A stretch of 64,000 nt of DNA, from the NCBI GenBank assembly GCA_951406725.2, contig OX597819.1, positions 64,046,001 to 64,110,000 on the forward strand, read 5' to 3'. The translations under genes and the position numbers were made by a program. The number at the start of each line of letters is the position of its first letter. Position 1 is the stretch's first letter. The stretch comes from Octopus vulgaris. Taxonomy: Eukaryota. Below the pieces are notes generated by a model, which was not told the DNA's origin, made no database searches, and saw only the letters and a program-made list of their open reading frames with translations. Positions 59,012-64,000 of this stretch are shown here, one piece after another.

Positions 59012-59343
59012 GTAAAATAATATGAGGGAAGGCGTGTTATTTATATAGCTAGGATGGTCGTGTTATGGTCTCCATTTCGTGGTATCTATTTCTAGGGCGA
59101 GCTGCAGTTCGTTTTTTTTAAACAAGACATGCTCATTCACACGGCTCCCGTCTACTCAACTATAAATATATAACAGTTATGGATAATTTCTCTCCGTCTC
59201 TCTCCCTCTCCTCTCTTTGATTGCGGTATCTGTGATGAGCTGTTGAACCACGTTTGAGAGTGTATAGGGTATCCTACTCAGAAAACAAGTGTATAGACAA
59301 CTAAAACAATCTTCGAGTGACAGTTGGATGTAAAATAAATAAA

Positions 59344-59672
59344 TACTAGCAGAATGACCCGGCTTTGCCCGAGATTAAGTTAAGATTATTAAGCTAATCA
59401 AGTTCTTTATTTCAAACCAAACTAAGTAATATCGACGTCAAATGTGGGTGAAATCCGTTGAAATTGGTTTAAATATACATATAGGGGAAAAATTCACAAA
59501 AAAAAAACAAAATACGAAGACAGGTCGTGTGGAAAACAAACAGATGTGTTAGTATAACGCTCGGGAATTGAAAACTTCTTTAAGATTTCGAGCCTACGCT
59601 CTTCCACTGAAAGGAACACAGAAAGAAACAAGGAGAGAAAAATGTGTGTAATGGCTACCAATCTGTCATGGC

Positions 59673-59718
<46 letters not shown>

Positions 59719-60123
59719 ACAACACGCACACACACATACACACATGTACTTGTGTACACCTATTGCATACATGTTTTTGTACGCATACATGTTCGTGTGT
59801 GTGTGTGTGTTGCTCGTATATGAACAAAACACTTTTTTCCCCGATGGAAAAAAAATACAACAAAAGTCTTAAGAAAAACTTACTCGTCGCGAGAAGGGGA
59901 CTTAATCCTGTTTGCAAACAGTGGAAATTTCTCCGACTTAAAAATTGTTAAAAGTTTTGGTTGAAAATTTATTTGTCTGCTCTTCGCTGGTGTCTCTGGG
60001 AAAAATAATTTAACGAAAATACATGTCAACATTGTCCTCATAAAATTGGAGCGACATGCCTGCTAATTTGTGAACGTGCATAAATTACATTCATGTAAGC
60101 ACACACATCCTGCCTTATATATA

Positions 60124-60125
<2 letters not shown>
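59344..60125 (+). mobile_element. Helitron/Helentron-type (DINE-1-like) non-autonomous element, interrupted by a repeat and microsatellites
   Basis: 5' tactagcagaatgacccggctttgcccgag with short hairpin; 3' gtgaacgtgcataaa..cctgccttatatatat. Resemblance only. Confidence 0.45.
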
Positions 60126-60172
<47 letters not shown>

Positions 60173-61164
60173 GCTTCAATAAATGATTGAGTACATGTAC
60201 ATTCACCACAATATATATCGAGAACATATTGACTTTCTTTCCTTACGTTTGCACCGCAAAAGTTAATCCATTTCTGATAAAGAAGGAATTCCCTGATATA
60301 CATTACCCAGGCGTTCTACGGCCTCTTAGAGAATATATGATAGCGTGTCAAAATATGAAAACTTGTGTGGTTGATGAATACATATGAATGCAATGACCGG
60401 ATCGAGAAACGACGCTGTCATAGAGCGTAGCTGCGATTTCTTATGAATCTGCAAGAGCGCAATATGGCCATTTTTATTAAACTTTGACTGTAGTAATTTC
60501 AGCAAATCAGACTTGTTTGTTCATCCTTGAATATCAATGAATATTTTGATGCCTTAATGTATGTCATATTTTCCTTCGATTCACTAAAAAAACATATCGG
60601 TGTTTTTTACTGAGCATAACGTTAGAATATTGTAATAGATATCCGCTGAGGGATTTAATACCTCTAGATTAAATGCCACATTTATTTGATGATGATCTGC
60701 TACTGGAGTATCTTAATAAACATTATTATCCAGTGCACATGGCATGTGTATTTCGGCTGCATTTGGAATATTCTTTTGTTTCCTTTCTCTGATGTAGAGA
60801 ATCTTCGACAAGTTTATTGCGAAAATCGTTATGAAAATTAAAGAGTTAAAAAACGAAGAATTTTAACATGGAAAGCGTAGGTTTATTTTTTTATCCAGCG
60901 AGTCAATGTTCTTAATTTATTTTTTATTCCTTTATATGTTTCAACCTTAAGCCTGTGGCCTTACTGGGACACCGCCAGTGTAATGACCCCTTTAACGACT
61001 AATTCAGTGATTGGCTTTAGGTGAAGGAGGTAATTCGACACTCCTCTTTTGAATCCTCCTTTGCCTTGATATTGGATCATATGGGATCTTTGTGAGCAAG
61101 AGATTAAGTTATTTCCTAAAATCATCTACAATAACTACATAATTTCTTAATAAAGATATATGTA

Positions 61165-61395
61165 TTCTTTTAATCTTTTACTAGTTTCAGTCGTTTGACC
61201 GTGGACATGCTGGATAACCGCCGTTACTCGAGCAAATCGACCACAAGACTTATTCTTTATAAGCCTAGTACTTATTCTGTCGTTCACTTTTGCCGAACCG
61301 CTAAGTTACGGGGACGTAAGCACAGCAGCATTGGTTGTCAAGCAATGTTGAAGGGAGGGAATAAATACAGACGCATAAACATATACAAACATATA

Positions 61396-61458
<63 letters not shown>

Positions 61459-61618
61459 CTACGACGGGCTTCTTTCAGTTTCCGTCTACCAAATCCACTC
61501 ACAAGGCTTTGGCTGGCCCGAGACTATAGTAGAATACACTTGCCCAAGTTACCACACAGTGGAACTGACCCAGAACCATATGGTTCGTAAGCAAGCTACT
61601 TACCACACAGTCACTCCT
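61165..61618 (-). mobile_element. tRNA-derived SINE family C with internal (CA)/(TA) microsatellite
   Basis: Minus-strand head aggagtgactgtgtggtaagtagcttgc..ggtcagttcc..cttgggcaagtgt; tail actgaaactagtaaaaga. Confidence 0.8.
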
Positions 61619-62165
61619 TATATTATTTGCATTCGCAAGTTAGGTAATGACATATTAGCTGACTTCCAGCCATGTGTTGTGGTTGTTTTCTATTATGAAA
61701 AGAAAATGTCAACAAAGTAAGCATTATCTATTAAAATTCAATTGTGCTCATAGGAATCTCTTCTTTCTCACAATCGCCACTTTTAAAACCAATCATAAGT
61801 TGCAGAAGCGAAAATATTAAGACTCCTGGAAGGTCTACTGTGGTTTAATCTGCATTATTTTATATATTCAGTCTGTAGCAAGGTGGATGACTTGGATTGC
61901 ACCTCAGTATTACAAATGATGTTGGTTTTAAAAATTCCGTGAGCAACATCATCTGGAAAAATCTGTTGTTTTAATTTCATTGCTTTCGTTCCTGTTGAAA
62001 TGAATAAAGTTTTTTGAATAATCTGATGAATTGAGCTCGTGAAGGAATGCGAGAAACAGCCTATATTGTAATATATACAAGATAGTATTGGGGATAAGTA
62101 TGTATACCTGTACATAAGTATACGATTATGATTTTCTTGGAGGTACGCAGCTATATTCAGATACA

Positions 62166-62242
<77 letters not shown>

Positions 62243-62251
62243 GTTTGTATG

Positions 62252-62299
<48 letters not shown>

Positions 62300-62334
62300 C
62301 ATATATATATAAATGTGGGTACGTGTTTATTTTC

Positions 62335-62389
<55 letters not shown>

Positions 62390-63450
62390 CACACATGCGA
62401 CGAAAATAGTTAGGTACAATGCTTGTCTTACCGTTGTTTCGAAATCAGCCATGAATGTTCCAATGTGTTCACGTTATATTTCTTACTTACGGTCAAGCAT
62501 TCAAATTTACTTAAATCATCCACTGCTGAATTCGAAATATCAGTGTTGTTGAATCGTCTATAGAATCTGAAAATTACTAATTGTGTGTCTCTTTACTTTT
62601 CGCTGCATATCCCTCGTATATCATAACTAGTAACACTTCTCAGGAAGTCTTACTAACTAAAGTGGTCGATTAACTACCACACTGGAAGCTGCTTGGTTAA
62701 TGGTAGTGTACGGGAAATCTAACTTATGCTGTACTTGATTACTTGTATAAATTGTTTTGCTTATTTTCCAATGCGACTTCTGCACTTAGCACTTTACAAT
62801 TTCATTTATCTTGCAAATTCCGCTTAATTGTGTATCTTATATTTTGCTTCACAATTTTTCTCTTTTCATTATGGTGCATTCGCTTTACATTTATAAAGTG
62901 AATCGATAATATTTAAACACTTCGTTCTTTCCCCATCTCCTACCAACGAACAACATGTTCTTTTTCTTTTGAAGGAACTGTCCTCATGAGACCACAAACT
63001 ATCCTCCGCATGTTTGAGTAAGAATTCATTCGCGTTTCGTGGAACTTTATTTCGAAAATATATAATGGGAAGAAATGTTAAACGTGACTGGAGATAAGGG
63101 AGCTCAATATATGGAAGAAAAATAGTTACATAAGTTTCGGTTGCATTCCTTACAAAGAGATATAGAACGTATTCACCTACTCTATTCTGTACACCAAATG
63201 ATATATGGGTACATGATGTCAGTAACGGTGCAAATAACATGAAATACGTAAACAAACGAGGGAAAACCGAATGAAGTACGTAAATAACGAGAAAAAATCG
63301 GAAGCAGGACAAGTAAACACAAGAGAAAGCTCTATCTACTCCTCATTTCAAGCAATCAACGAAAATGTAGGTCTTCAAAACAGTTGCTCCCATAAATTCT
63401 AAAATAAAATTTAGGATTTATAGAGGGTCAAATTTTAGTAACAAAAAGTG

Positions 63451-64000
<550 letters not shown>

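Overview
AT-rich, microsatellite-saturated animal genomic DNA. The SINE families and (TA)/(CA)/(TAA) density resemble Octopus/cephalopod DNA (inference). I can support no intact host gene; almost all listed ORFs are microsatellite artefacts. Recognisable content: a frameshifted R4/Dong-type RT + restriction-like-endonuclease non-LTR retrotransposon ending in (TAA)n (1-2694) and a second fragment (56857-57000); several decayed Tc1/mariner/DD37D transposons and MITEs; several tRNA-derived SINE families; and a ~610-bp inverted duplication anchored on a Tc1 end. The most notable signal, invisible in the ORF track, is a set of apparently unrelated non-coding repeat families each carrying a type I hammerhead ribozyme (HHR) fold. 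Seven motifs from four families cluster at 23.0-27.7 kb, each element set in (TA)n. They are a tandem ~490-bp dimer (retrozyme-like), a 222-bp inverted pair (Penelope pseudo-LTR-like), a solo copy and a 165-bp palindrome. A separate family joins a tRNA-like Pol III head to a minimal-HHR tail in inverted arrangement. All folds were paired by eye; activity is untested.
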